Positions 44,909 through 58,264 are shown, numbered from the stretch's first letter. The stretch is 64,000 nucleotides of DNA from Vicugna vicugna (GCA_013265495.1 MU058636.1:9812176-9876175); one strand, 5' to 3'. A program made the numbers and translations. The notes: a model not told the origin generated them from the letters alone.

Positions 44909-47868
44909 GTGTCACTCCTTTGCTCAAAATCCCTTAGTGGCTTCCAAACATAACTCTTGGCGCATAATAAGCATAAATGTTTTTTAAAAAAATAAATGAA
45001 TGAGCACATCCATATTAGAAAGAAAAGCAAGCCTACTCTTACCCACATATTTCTGACCTACAAAAAATAAAGACATGGGGAAGGCAGAGATTCTGCTTTG
45101 TTATTAAACACATTTTTACAATGTTAGGTAGACTATGAATTGACTATTTCTTGTTCTTCCTGACTCTGCCCCACTTGCCCCCAATATAATGTCTATATCT
45201 GTTTCTGTATCTATGGCTACATCTAAATCCATATTCTTATCCATGTTGTATCTTATGTCATCAATGAAAAGAGAAAGAGAGATGTTCTTTGCTACGGCCT
45301 TCATTACTTTGAGTGCTCATGGAATGTTTTACCATATTCAACTCAGTAACCAATGAAGATAAAGAAACGGGACAGACTTTGTTAGATATTGATATCTGCA
45401 TAGTTGTCCATATCTGTAGAGATTTATAGATACAGATATTTCTTTTCCTACATGACACCCCATACATGATCCAACCCTTTGTCTCAGCCCATTTCACCTT
45501 TGCTACTTACAATCCTCTTGAAATGTGGCTGCAACCAATCCCTGGGGACCCTCTGTGGCCACCATACTGAACCCAGTGGTAATTGTGCAGCTAGCATCGT
45601 TAGCTAACTTCAGGATTCCCACCCATAGCACAGGGAAACTTCCTAGAAAATCCTTTTCACTTTTGATAAAGCCTAGCTCCCAAGATTTGATTCTAAGTCA
45701 TATTCTGGTAATCAAAAAAATAAATAAACATTGAATGTTTCTTTCTCTTTGCATTCCTATATCAACAGCCCTGCAGATGGCATTTTGGGCTGACTTGATA
45801 GAAAGTCTTAGAAATGCAAAAGGGGAAATAATTTCTTCTTTTAAATTACCTTGATACAAATTTGAGCCATGAACTGGATCAGGCGCTGTGCTTGTATGTG
45901 GAAATAAAAAGATGAAAGAGATATGGCCCCAGGGTGCAAAATGTTCCTTCTGATGGGGATTTATGTAAATGAATAAATATAACACAGAATGAAAAATGCG
46001 GAGATAGACTCAACGCTCAAACTCTCCCCAGCTCCTCAGTTTCTCCTTTCTTTGCCTTCATTCTGTGATGCACTGAACACTGGCTAGGCAATGGCAATCC
46101 CAAAGCTAAGACACCTCATTTGGGCTCAGTTATTTAGCAGTTTATCTGGAAAGGCTAAGAGAACACATCTTGGACTCTTACACTTTGGAAAGCAGTCTCC
46201 TCATGGCGCCCAAGGTGGGGAGCTGGGAGGAGTGGCAAGAAATGATTCTTTTTCTAATGGGAGAGTTTCAAAGAGATACTAAAACTCTGTTGTCATGCAA
46301 CATTTTGAAAAACTGAGTTAAATGTGAATCCGAATCTATACCTCCAAAAGTCAACAATAACTACAGATTGAATAGCTTTTGTAATAATATTGATCTGGAA
46401 AGTTGGTAAAACTAACACCAAAACATTAGTTCATAGTTTTAAGCAGGAGAGAATGGTACCATCTCCACTAAATGTGATTGACCAAAACGAATTTCTAATT
46501 TCTTATGTAATTTTTACCAAGCGATGTGTTGCTGCAACAATAATGATTCAAATAAGAATGGAAATGTCCCATCAACTCGACAACCTTTGCCAATCAAGTA
46601 CTAAATCAGAATCTCACACAACTACAGATACTTTCCCCTGCAAATAAGTAACTTGAGGACTATTTTTGCTGTGGGGTTTGTGAAGCCAGGATCATTTGTG
46701 TGAATCAAGTAACTCCTTTTACAGCATTGTTTTTCAGATGCTCTGCTACCCCAAAATCATATTTGACCTTGTGGTTTCCTTTAAAATGGTCCACAGGAAT
46801 TAAATATGTTAATGAGTTTACTTGGTTCTAAATATTATTAGCATAATCATGGGACATTTTAATGCATCCAGTTATAATGCACCCGTATTTGGTACAAGCT
46901 TTAAACAAAAGGAAAGTAGCTCTTCAGCAGTGCACAGTGGGAATGAGGGCTTGTTTTATAAGTTCATTACCGATACTTTTATAAGGTTAATGATGCTGCT
47001 TTGATAATGGATCTTGAAGACCTTTCCACAGTACAAATCCTTCCAGCCATGATTTTACTGTGTGTAGAGAGAACTGTTAGCTATAAAAATCAGGAATTTT
47101 TTTAATCAAGCATGTACACATTATTCCAAATGACCTAAATATGAGTTTAGTAAAGAGTTGAATTAGATGTCTTGGAATTAATGTCTAAACCTATTCTAAA
47201 TTTTAAAACTGATGATGAGAGAGCAGAATCCCAGCTGTCAGCAGAAATCTGTGGGTTCGGGCAGAAGAAAGCCTGTGGCCCCAGCTATGGTTGGACTTAA
47301 GAGCTCTCCCTACAGACCTGCTCTATATTAGAAAACAAAACAAAATACAAAACCAAAACCTCTTCCTTGGAGAGTGTAAAACACACAGAGCGGAAGTCTG
47401 TAAACAGAGCACAGAGCCCCCAAGTTCATGCCTATTTTATCTTAACCTCCTCCTTCTAAATGTTCTATTCTTAGAACATTTTGATTCTGTTTTTGTGTAT
47501 GTTTTAATTTATATACTATTTCATACGTTAAGTAATTTCTGAAAAAATAAATATACAGGTATTGGAGAGGTTCAGATATTTCACCAGAAGAGTGAACAAT
47601 CTCTGTAATGCAACATTAAGGTACTTCCGTGTGTCCCTCCACCACGAAGTTGCTTTCATCTTCGAATGGCACAGTGACGAGCAATGAACTTAGGGACACG
47701 TGGGATAAAGCTCACTACGTTCTAATGACGTCTGTGATTCGGTCTCAAGAAACTGCTTCATCTTGTAGTTGTGCTTCTGGAATCTGGTTAGATGTAATAT
47801 ATATTACATTTAAATGGACATAGTGTCTTCGACTGTGATAAAAAACACCTTTTTAAAAAGATATTCTT

Positions 47869-47964
47869 AGCGGGTGGGTAAAGCTCAGGGGTAGAGCGCA
47901 TGCCTAGCATGCATGAGGTCCGGAGTTCAATCCCCAGTACCTCCATTAAATAAATAAACAAACC
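47869..47964 (+). mobile_element. Vic-1-like tRNA-Ala-derived SINE with 15-bp TSD
   Basis: agctcaggggtagagcgcatgcctagcatgcatgaggtccggagttcaatccccagtacctcca; TSD TAAAAAGATATTCTT at 47854-47868 and 47965-47979. Confidence 0.93.
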
Positions 47965-48850
47965 TAAAAAGATATTCTTCCAGAAATTTGCATATTCCCT
48001 CGCTACTTCAATGTGCTAAACATTTAATAAAAGTTTCCTTAATGTCTACAACCATGTAAGTTCACACAGATATGTTTTGCTATTTTCAATCTTGAATTTA
48101 TTTCCCCCCCTCAACTTGTTTCTTGTTTTACTGGAATGTTTAATGAGTGGGAAGAGGGGGGAAAAAAAGAAAATAGAAAAAGAAAAATAGAAGCTTCTAA
48201 ATATCAAAAGTGAAACTGAGATTATTTTTAGGCAAATAATAGTAGAATCTGCTACCATGATAATCCTCTGCTTGGGGTAACGCTTTTCTTCCAAGGAACT
48301 TAAAACACTTTATAGACAACTTAAAATCACATGGTGAATCCACCATCAAAACTAAAAACAAGTTACCCCCTGCTCTATTTTTATTGATAACTGCCTTTGA
48401 GACTTATTCCTGAGGTCAGGGTTTAATTACTCATCTGAGAAATGAGAGGGGACATTTTAATGGGACGAGGGAAAAATAAAAAGGAGAGAAATGGAACAGG
48501 AGAAAAATTGAAAGCAAGCATCATGGGTTATTTTCCAGTTAACTTTATTTCCTTCTGTCACTTGCCACCTCTACAAAATTTAATTGGTCTCCATCAGGTG
48601 GTGTCCAGATCCCAGTTTGGTGATTACCTTCTGTTCCTACCAGTTTCAATTGTCTCTTTTTTAAGTTGCTGGCGCTGCCACTTGGTGGAATTGCATTTCT
48701 TCAAGGGACGAACTATATGCTGAGAAATACGTTTTGTGTGCTCACACTATAGACTAAACAGTCCCACTACATGTGCTTGAGACTTTCTCATAAATATTCT
48801 TCAAATGTACTTATTCTACAAGGTGTGCATGAGCATCTTTCTAGTGGTGA

Positions 48851-48995
48851 GGGGAGGATATAGCTCAGTGGAAGAGTGCATGCTTGGCATGCACAGGTCC
48901 TGGGTTCAATCCCCAGTACCTCCATTTAAAAAAAATTATAAATAAATAAGTAAGTGAAAAATTAAAAGCCTAATTACTTACCCCCCCCAAAAAAT
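48851..48995 (+). mobile_element. Vic-1-like SINE (first of a tandem pair)
   Basis: ggggaggatatagctcagtggaagagtgcatgcttggcatgcacaggtcctgggttcaatccccagtacctcca, A-rich middle, cctaattacttacccccccc. Confidence 0.92.
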
Positions 48996-49004
48996 TTACA
49001 AATT

Positions 49005-49099
49005 GGGGGGTATATCTCAGTGGTAGAGAACATGCTTAACATGCATGAGGTCCCAGGTTCAATCCCCAGTGCCTCCATTTTTAAAAAAATTTTTAAAAA
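49005..49099 (+). mobile_element. Vic-1-like SINE (second of the pair)
   Basis: ggggggtatatctcagtggtagagaacatgcttaacatgcatgaggtcccaggttcaatccccagtgcctcca plus A/T tail. Confidence 0.92.
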
Positions 49100-49109
49100 G
49101 AGAGATACA

Positions 49110-49330
49110 TGAAGTTAAGTGCCACTAGGAGGCCAGGTAGTATGAACACCAAGAGCTGACCACTGGGTCAGGCAACGTGAGGGTCACTGGTGACCTTGTT
49201 GAGGATTTGGTGGGGGAAGGGGCCAAAAGCCTGTTGGAAATGGGTTCAAGAGAAGCTGAGATGTTAGACCAGCTAGTATAGTCAAAAGCTTGTGCTGAGA
49301 AGGGAGGAGAGATTTGGGGCAGTGGCCGGC
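49110..49330 (-). mobile_element. L2 fragment
   Basis: tgaccactggg...ggcaacgtgagggtcactggtgaccttg...aagcctg...gggttcaagagaa. Confidence 0.65.
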
Positions 49331-49454
49331 GGGGTAGTGACGGGCACCACAGCATACTTATTTGCTGATGGAAAGGATCTAAAAGGAAAAGAAAATTGAC
49401 AATGCCAGCAAGATAAGAGCATGATCATTCTAGAAACTGCTTCAAGATATCACC

Positions 49455-49550
49455 CAAGTCTCCATTTTTAATCTGAAATGGGATAATAATACTTGCCTAA
49501 CAGTTTTGTTATGAAGATTAAATTAAACAATATATGTGAAGTACTTCAAA
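49455..49550 (+). mobile_element. MIR fragment
   Basis: atctgaaatgggataataatacttgcctaacagttttgttatgaagattaaat. Confidence 0.7.
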
Positions 49551-49749
49551 AGATGTTTAAAATTATATACATATACAATAATTGCTGAAAATTATAAGGC
49601 ACCATATATGTATGTATATATTCACACACAGACACTTTGAGCTGAACTCAAGATTCCAGGGCTCTGGAGAAGATGAGATATGGGGCAGCTTTGTGGGTAC
49701 TGCCCTTCATCCATGGAAAGAAGCAGTTGTGGCAAAGAAAAGCGGTCAG

Positions 49750-49910
49750 AGGCTTGCTAGCTATTTGACCTTGGGCACGACATTTAACTTGTCCAAGTCT
49801 CAGTTTCCTGGCCTATAAAATGCATATTAAAGTCCCTGCCTTAAAGGATTAATATGAGGAATCGAAAGGGTTTATATCAAAGTTCCAACATGTAGTAGAC
49901 GTTTAACATA
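49750..49910 (+). mobile_element. MIR fragment
   Basis: ctagctatttgaccttgggca...tttaac...gtctcagtttcct...ctataaaatg. Confidence 0.7.
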
Positions 49911-50824
49911 TTTTTTCTGAACTACAGAAGCCAAGCCCCTGCCCCACATCAGTCGCTCCATCTTACAGATTTTTAAATTGTCAGTGAATGTTTTTCAAAG
50001 GTGCTTTTCTGAACCTCTGTAATTAAAAAGATTTCAAACCAGCAATAATTTAAAGAAGCTCTTCATTATGTCTCTGAAAAATGGGGCAAAATCTTGGTGG
50101 TCTGAGCATCGTAACTATATAATAACCTAGCGCAGTCCCAATACTGACAAAATAAGCCAATCGGCCTCTGTATGGGCCATGAGACAATGTCACTCCTTAC
50201 GAAGCACAGCTGTGTGCTTAACGAGAGGGCCAACATCAGCCTCTGCTACCGAAGATATTTATTGGTAGTAATTTTTGCTATGGAGGAACTGTTGCCCACG
50301 TCCCATGCCCTAGGGAGCAATTGCTCCGTGTAAGTTGTGGCCAGTAGATCTGTCAGCTGAGCAAAAGGATGGCTTTGAGTGTTTTTGGAGGCCACCACAC
50401 GTGTAGGTCAGTTACAGGAATGTCAATAATCCAGACCGAGGACGATGGGAAGGAGTCTAGGCAGGAAGCGTCTCTTGAAACCACAAGGATGGCGTCCTCC
50501 TCTAACGTTTACGTTATAAAAGGTCAAGGACAGTCAGCCAGTGCGTCCACAATTAGATCATCTTAGGAAAACTGTCAACCATTTTGTTTTTTAAAACTGA
50601 CTCCAGAGAAGAAAGCCACAACCAGTAGCACAATGGTGGCTGAGGCTGTGTTCTTAAGCAAAGTAATTTTTCTGGCTTCTTGAACTTTGATGATCTTCCT
50701 TTCCTTTAAGATACTTTTAAAAAGTCCGTACAGCACACCAGTGATCAGTTAGCATCAGCTTTTATGTGATGAGATGCTTATACATGGGTTCTAATTTTTT
50801 GTTCGTTTTTTTTTTAAAGCAAGT

Positions 50825-50929
50825 TCTTTCTTTTCTTTATTTTGGGGAGGGGGTAATTAGGTTTGTTTGTTTGTTTGTTTGTTTTAACAGAGGTATTGGG
50901 GATTGAATCCAAGACCTTGTGCATGCTAA
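50825..50929 (-). mobile_element. Vic-1-like SINE, 5'-truncated
   Basis: ggggagggggtaattagg(tttg)n...gaggtattggggattgaatccaagaccttgtgcatgcta; A box missing. Confidence 0.85.
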
Positions 50930-50930
50930 C

Positions 50931-51270
50931 AAAAGACAGTATCTCCTTTGGAGCAAAAGGAAGGCATGCTTACTGCCTATTATAAAACATCTGGGTTCCT
51001 TATGCTCAGGGCTCCACCCCTATAATGCAGACCCCTGTGTGTGCAGGTGCTGTGCTGTCCTTCTTTGTGTCTCTATGGGGGCTCTGAGTCTTGGGGGAAT
51101 AGCACGAGGAAATACTGATACCCTTACTACTGCTACTGTGTGAGTAACGAAGTCCTCTGTCTCTGATTTAGGTGTCTCACGTCTTCTGCTAGCATCCATG
51201 AGGCTGCCAGGGGCTAACTTCCTAGCTTGCAAGAAGGGTGAAATGTCAGCCCCCTTCCAGTTTTGGTAGT
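50931..51270 (+). mobile_element. ERVL LTR 3' portion (MER77-like)
   Basis: ggcatgcttactgcctattataaaa...gtgagtaacgaagtcctctgtctctga...agcatccatga...tagcttgcaag...agggtgaaat. Confidence 0.7.
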
Positions 51271-53213
51271 CATTGATATGCCTTGGAAAGGCTCTGTGTG
51301 TGTACTTGTGTGTGTTTGTGTGTCTGTGTGAGACCTTCCATGTAAATGAGGTGGTTTAGAAATTCTAGAAACTAGCAAAATGACTATAATTTTTAAAATG
51401 GCTCCCTCCACCACTGTTACGTTTTAAAGCTGGTAACTAGGTTATAGATTCTTCACAGGAGACAACTATGCCTTCATTTCTGAAGTCAGAGCTCTAACAG
51501 TGCCTGACACAGAGAAGGTATTCAACAAATATCTGTGGAACCAAAGTCAAATAAAGCATGCTGCTGTAGACGGACTTTTTATTGCACAGTCTCTTTTGAT
51601 TATCATTTGATAAATTTCATTGCATAATTATCAGGCTTTGGCATTATACAGGGGTGTTACTAATATTTTGAGTATTAAATAACAAAATTTTGCACTTTAC
51701 TATAATTTTATGAAGAGCTACAGTTTTTCTTGAAAAGCTGATTATCAAGCTGTGCTGTGTTTCCTAATGTGTTTTGATTATCCAGCCTCACGGAGTAGAG
51801 CAGAGTTGGCAAGTTAAGATATTTTACTTCTCTCTGAGTTTCCCCTGCCTACAAGATAAAAGCAATTGGGCAAAATGAGGTTTAAAATCATTTTCCACCT
51901 AAAGACTCTGTGATTCTAAGGGACTGATCTCCTGTTTTTCTCCCGTGAATCTAAAGAATATTCATATTCACTCAAAAGTCATTCTCTTTTTAACTCACAT
52001 TGTCTGGGATTCACTTTCTCTCTTTAGGAAGGCACACCTGTCTTTGCTGGGGATGGAAAAATAAAAACAAAAAATTAGTCCACCAGGAGGGGGAAGTAGT
52101 GCCAATCCCAGGCCTGATGGTTATTTGAACATCTGAGGCTGGCGTTCTCTCTCACGGTTATTCCAGACATTTCATCCCGGGGCTGTGGAGGCAGGGGGTG
52201 TCAGGTGCTCTTTGGGTCTGGGGCTGGGATGGAGTTCAAAGCTGGAACTGAAGACTGGGAACCCTCCTTACAAAGTTCCCATTAACATCCTTGGAATAGA
52301 GCACTCAAGAATTACTTTAAAAGACTGTTAAAAATATTGCTGTGTATGAAAATTCAGTTTAATGGTTGAAGCGTGGGGCTTGGAGTCAGGCAGATCTCAT
52401 GTCTCGCCTGGGAATTAAGCCTGTGCCCCAGGGCTGAGTGAGGATAGAAATGATCATCTCAGTCGTGGCCCCAGCGCCGTGACTGCCCTGGGGAAAGGGT
52501 TCAGAAATCTTAATTATAGCTGTTGCTGTTCCACTTAATATTTGTCTGCCAGGTAGGCACACCAGGAAGAAATGCGTCTGCCCTCTCAGTGGCACAGGGT
52601 AGAGTGCAAATGGGCTTGAGCGTGGGGTTCAGTGAGGGGCTGGAGCGAAAGGAGAAATAACAGCTGTGAATAGATCTTCTGTTCAAGAAGGTCCTGACGA
52701 AGGTAATGTCTCCGCACCTGGAGGTTCTGAGGTTTTTTTCCTGTGCCTTTATTTTTGTTACATGTGCTAGGGAGGCAATAATTCTCATAAAGATGAATCA
52801 CTCCACAGGTGTTTTGAATCAGAAAATAATGAAGAGCAGGACCTGGGTTCCGGCCTCAGAATTCCCTGCCGCCCACCCAAGGGTCTTTCATAAACGGTCT
52901 CTTAACTAGGGAATGGTGGCACTCATTCCGTTAGAACTGAATGTTTCTTTTCTTTGAAAAGTGCATTGTACCTTTTCTGGCTGAAATCTAACTTGAATGT
53001 GCTGCCAGACATTTTCTGCCGCAAACTGTGATGTAGAAACCTGCCAGTGGTCCTGAGGTTCTGTGGAGGAGGACGGAGATGCCTGGCCCGGGAAGGGCGG
53101 CATCAACTGGACCTTGACTTGTGAACCTTCGATTTGAAGAGGTTAACAATATTCTACATTCATGAATTCTTTGTAGCTTGTGACCCACAGGAGAGAAAAG
53201 GAATGTGAACATC

Positions 53214-53282
53214 TGCATGTGTGCATGTACACACGTGTGTGTATGTGTGTGTGTGGGGGGTGCTGTGCGTGTGCACCTGCAC
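53214..53282. repeat. Degenerate (TG/CA)n tract
   Basis: tgcatgtgtgcatgtacacacgtgtgtgtatgtgtgtgtgtg. Confidence 0.8.
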
Positions 53283-53621
53283 GCGGAAGCCTGTAAGAAG
53301 GCTACAGAAGAGGAAAGCTGAGGCGGAAACGTCACCGAAGCTTGATGTCAAGAGAAATCCTGAGTCAATGTTGTTCTAGGCAGTACACACAAATTTCAGC
53401 TCAGAAACTGGCAAGCTGGTTCTATTTTTCAGATGAGCAAAGTGCATACTTTCAGAATGATGGAAGACTGTTTCAACATGAATTTTAATAGGTCTTTTTG
53501 ATTGATGACAAAATACCAGGCTCGACCAGACTGAGCTGAGCCACCATCATGGGATCTGGGGCGAACACTTTCTCAAGGGACCTGGTGAGCCAGACTGCAC
53601 TTTGGGGAAGAGATGATTTTT

Positions 53622-53674
53622 TTTATATATGTATGTATCTATGTATCTATCTATGTACCTATTGATTGATTGAT
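53622..53674. repeat. Compound tetranucleotide tract (TATG/TATC/TTGA)
   Basis: tatatatgtatgtatctatgtatctatctatgtacctattgattgattgat. Confidence 0.8.
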
Positions 53675-54199
53675 GTGGCCTCAACCAGGGATCTACGGGA
53701 TTCTCTGCCCGATTTCAGTAGAGATTATCTGGACAAACTTCACCACTACTCTCTGAAAGACACAGCACATCCCCAGCCAGCCCTCACAGTGCGAGAGATA
53801 AATATTCAGCATCGCCAAGCCTGAGTCAGGAGCCAGCAGCTCAGGTTTCAAATTGACTTAGGCAACTGACAGCTCCCTCTGCCTTCATTTTCCTGTCTGT
53901 GAGACAGTTTTGCTCACCCCACTAAATTTAAGAAGATGTTGAGAGAGTAAGTTCTACCACGTGGGTGAGTCCATCTGAGCTCCTTCCAAGGATGACAACG
54001 GTTGGGGGCTGCTTTCAGGGTGGCAGCCCAGCCCAAAACACACTCCTTGGAGAACCGCCTCTCCTACCCAGAGCGCTGGGCCCCAGCAGCTAGCTCATCT
54101 GACGTGCCTCTGAGCCCCTGGCCAGAGTTCCTGGAACCAAGGGTGGACGAGGTGCGCCAGTGTCCAGTAAGCTGAACCTCTTAGTGTCTCTCTGTGTCT

Positions 54200-54545
54200 C
54201 AGAAATCTGGAAGGGGGACCTAGAACCTGGCTCAGTTGGTTGGGAGCCCTGAGATGAGGAGTGATGAAGAGCCGGTCCAGAGAAGCAGGAAAAGCCATCT
54301 GCAAAGGGACAGAACTATTGCCGAAAAGCAGAGGAGCAGAGATGAGCCCCTACTGGTCCCAGAGAAGACGCTGGGTCTGGACTCGGCTCCAGTCCCACAT
54401 TCCAGGACTCCATGCACCCTGGCTCGTCTCCCTGACCTTGGTCTCCAAGCGACAATCTCACCTCCTTCCAACAAATTTCACTTTTTAGCATATGCTAGAG
54501 GGAGTGCATCTCTATTACTTGAAATCAAATGATTCCTAAGCTTGA
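54200..54545 (+). mobile_element. Possible old MaLR LTR (MLT1J/K/L-type)
   Basis: 3' text caacaaatttcactttttagc...gctag...tctattacttgaaatcaaatgattcct. Confidence 0.4.
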
Positions 54546-55364
54546 AATCATATAATCCGAGTTGCTTGTCACAGAAAAGCTAGCAATGTCGTTGACATAT
54601 AGGGATTCTCCACCGGACTTTTTATAAGACTAGCAGATGTCTTACAAATCCCTTTAGAAAGCAAAACAACCACCACCACGACAGAAGCACACTGGCTTCC
54701 TGCTTGTTTCTACGCATCTTTGTCTATTCAGGTTAGATCTATTTGCTTAACCCTAACACACAACCGAGCAGAATTCTAAACAGGAGCCCAGAACTCAGCC
54801 ATGAGTAGAGTTTTTAATTTTATTAGTGCATTGAAAGATGACCCATCTCAAACCACTCCACAGCCAAGCTGGGTTTTGACACCGGTCCACACCCAGGTGG
54901 AATCTGGCTCCACTCACCGGCCGTGGCTGCCCCATGTCAGTGGGTGAAACATGGATGCCGTTCACAACACTGATGGCCAACCCCAAATATGCTTTCAAGG
55001 GCAGCAAATGGGCCAGAAGAATGTGGGACTGAGACCAGACACTGTCCACCACCACCATCCAACCGTCACTGAAGGTGTGAGAAGCCAAGTTGCTTCTGTT
55101 CACAAGGAATTTGGGTGAATCATGACCATTTCTGTCAGCCTGAGGTTGAAAATGAAACCGTCTTCAACCATCAAGATTGGCTCCATGAGAGGCTGGTTAT
55201 GGATTTACTCATAAGTAGTCCCAGACCTGTAGGTGGAAAGCTTTCCTTTCTGGTCCCTGGTTCATCACATCATCAGAGAATCTCTCTCTTTCCCTTTCTC
55301 TCTCTCTCCTTCATAGAAGAAGGGCCAGTGCACTGTCTTAAAAAGATGACTAGATGAAAAGCTA

Positions 55365-55440
55365 AAATACTGCTCCTAACACCAGCTGTGTGTCCTTGAG
55401 CAAATTATTGGCTTCTCTGAGTCTCAATTTCCTTATCTTT
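55365..55440 (+). mobile_element. MIR fragment
   Basis: cagctgtgtgtccttgagcaaattatt...ttctctgagtctcaatttccttatct. Confidence 0.75.
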
Positions 55441-55444
55441 ACTT

Positions 55445-55592
55445 TTTACTTTTTCTGCTTAGCTTTATGGAGAGTCAATTAACACACAACACTGGGCAAG
55501 CTGAAAGTGTTACACTGCGATATGATTATCGCCATGGTGTTAGCAGACACCTCCATCCTATCACATAATTGCCATTTCTTTTTTTTTTTAAT
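55445..55592 (-). mobile_element. LINE-1 (L1MA9-like) 3' fragment
   Basis: atgattatcgccatggtgttagcagacacctccatcctatcacataattgccatttc; antisense relative of 29410-29500. Confidence 0.7.
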
Positions 55593-55910
55593 GGGTATTT
55601 GACCACATTACCTCCAAGTTTCCTTCCAGGTCTAAAGATGAGTGGCTCTTTTCCTTAGAGTAGAAACTCTTTGGAGCAGGGATTATATTTTCAACTCCTG
55701 TGGGCCCCTCCCCCTCCCCCCCAGTGGATTTTTTCCCAAACAGGGGAAGTGTACTCAGGAGCACGCAGTCACCTCTTGGAGATCCAGATGTTTTGGCTCT
55801 ACATGTGACTTTTTCCTGATCCAGACATTTCGTGTTGATCTGGTTAGATCAGTGGTGGGAATGCAGGGTCACACCATCCATCTCTAGGCCTCATGATTCT
55901 AGGAAGCTGT

Positions 55911-55943
55911 ATTTATTTATTTATTTATTTATTTATTTATTTT
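55911..55943. repeat. (TTTA)n microsatellite
   Basis: About 8 ATTT units. Confidence 0.95.
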
Positions 55944-57344
55944 GCAAGGATAGCCCAAGGTGAGGTGGGAATAAACCCAAATGGTCCGTACGTCCTTTAG
56001 CTGGCCAAACATTTCCGCTGGCCCCGACTGAAGGTGTCCTTCCCTTGGCCAGGTGTGACCATGCCTAGCCATCCAGAGAGCAGGCTGTGCTCTGATTTGG
56101 GGCCTGCTCTTTCCCGAGGGATTGCTTGTCCCGTTAGACATCTCAGCAGTCTAGTTTAGGCCACAGATCTGGACTCCTGGATTTTTCTTCTTGATGCTAA
56201 TTTTGTCCTTGCAACTCAAGGACACCACCACCATCCTCTTCCTTTTGTTTATTTTTAGCCATAGAGTTTGCCAGTATGACAGTGAAGTGTGGACATAGTC
56301 ATGTATTCTTTACTTCTAAAGAACTGGATTAAAAATAAAGCGAGCCATTGCTTTCTTCCACAGAGCTGAGAACCTTTTGTTCAATGGTCATTATTAAGCT
56401 CTCACTCTGTGACAGGCATTGTTTCCCCTTAGAAGTCAAGTTGATATTTTTTCTAATCCCATCATTGATTTGAAATACGTATTTTGAAATCGATGCTGAA
56501 ATTGACAGATCTTTTTAAACATCATTTTAATGGTGTTTTTAGATGGCTTTTCTGCTTCCCCTTGTCACAATCCTTACATTTTCTGCTCCAAATGATGCAA
56601 AAGTAGCATTCTGTGTTATACCAAGGAGAGAGCCGGCACCCAAGTAGAACACGATAGACCAGGGGAGCACCCAGTAAATGTAATTGTTGAAGCAGAGATG
56701 AATGGCAGGGCTTACAGCAACAGAGCTACTTGAAGCTCCTTTAGAAAGAAGAGCTAGAAATTCTTATCCTCCCTTCATTTTAGCAACCAGACTTCCCCTC
56801 ATGGCTCCTAAAACCAACCCAAGCTCCTTCGCACTCCATAACTCATCGGTGACTAATCACAGTATAAACGTTCCATTCTAGCTGTAAGTAACCTTGGAGA
56901 TGCCAAAACTCAGCGAGGCACTAAACCACATGGAACACCAGCATCAGAACCAATAGCAGAGCTCAGGTCGTCTACCTACCAGCACCACCTGCTGTAATAG
57001 CACGACTTAGGGATTCACCTGAAGACAGGCTCCAAAAAGACTCCTTTATCATTTTCTGGCAAAGAAGAAGTCTAAGAAGACAGACCCTTCCACTCTTGTT
57101 TTCTCCTCCCATGTGAACCAGGGCCCCTGTGACCTGAAGGAGCTACTTCTTAAGTGTGTCAGGAGGTTCTGATCATACTTCAACCCTGATATGACAGTGG
57201 CACATGGTCAGTGAGCCTCCTTCAGCCATCACGATACCCGAATTATCATGTGATGATGGAACCCACTGTGATTTCTGCAGCTACTGTCCAGTGAGGCAAA
57301 GGGGCTGCTTCTCAGAAGAGCCGGGATAAAGGAGAGGCAGTGGA

Positions 57345-57862
57345 ATATCAAAGGCAGGGCAGTAGAAGTGGTCCCCACTGAGTGCAGGTAATAAGGGGGT
57401 ATGTGGCTTGCAAAGAATTTTAAAACAATGATAAAATCAACTTAATGTCTGCTGTTTATTATCCTCATGTGCTGGCAATTCTAAACAATGTCAGTGATAA
57501 AACACACCTTCCTGAAAAAGAGCTTGGTCCATCTATACTCAAGTTTAGAACAATTGCTGAAGTTATTGTTGATTTTGCATGTAGAGATATCTCTGTAACC
57601 TTCAAATCAGTACGCCTTGATTAGGTGTTCTTTGACAAACATGGTGTTTTTCATGGACGTGAACACAAAGAGCTCCACTTCCCAGGCAGCCCCCCAACCA
57701 CATTGACGGAACTGCACCTGTTTCTTTCAAGAGTTCGTGTCTGGGGGCTTGGAATTGATCGGGCTTGCTTCAGTGACAGCGTGTGTGTTCATTTCCTATG
57801 GCACTACATGTTCCTGTGATTAAACAGTAGATTCAAAATCAACAGCGATAAAGCAACGATAG
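57345..57862. mobile_element. Possible hAT-type DNA transposon remnant (may continue past 58265)
   Basis: cagggcagtagaagtggtcc...gtgcaggtaataagggg followed by AT-rich text; family not securely recognised. Confidence 0.3.
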
Positions 57863-58264
57863 TGTATTAGTCAGCCCCAAGGTGCCGTAACAAAATGGCA
57901 CAGACTAAGAGGCTCAAAATACAGAAATTAATTTTCCCACAGTTCTGGAGGCTGGAAGTACGAGAACTTCCAGTGTGTCAGCAGGCTTGTTTTCTAGTGA
58001 GGCCCCTCTCCTCGACTTGTAGACAGCCGCCTCCCCCTGTGTCCACACGTGACCTTCCCTTTGTGCACAAAGGGAGAGAAAGTGAGATTCCCGGTGTCTC
58101 TTCTTTTCCTTATACGGACAGCAGTCCTGTTAGATCAGGGCCTCATCGTTATGACCTCATGTGACCTTAATTACCTCCTTAAAGGCCCCATCTCCAAAAA
58201 AAGTCACACTGAGGATTAGGGTTCGATGAATTTGCAGGTGGGAAACACAACTGAGTCCATCACA
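57863..58264 (-). mobile_element. MaLR solo LTR (MLT1A-like)
   Basis: TGTATTAGTC...cacagttctggaggctggaagt...aattacctccttaaaggccccatctccaaa...gtccatcACA; flanks GATAG/GACAG (4/5 TSD). Confidence 0.88.

Noticed and set aside
45190..45440. Degenerate ATATCT/AGATAT tracts as a structured inverted repeat
   Set aside because: Low-complexity decayed simple repeat with no clean arm pairing.
47869..49099. tRNA-Ala genes (also 15310-15384)
   Set aside because: The tRNA-like heads have disrupted stems and A-rich tails, and one has a TSD, so they are SINEs.
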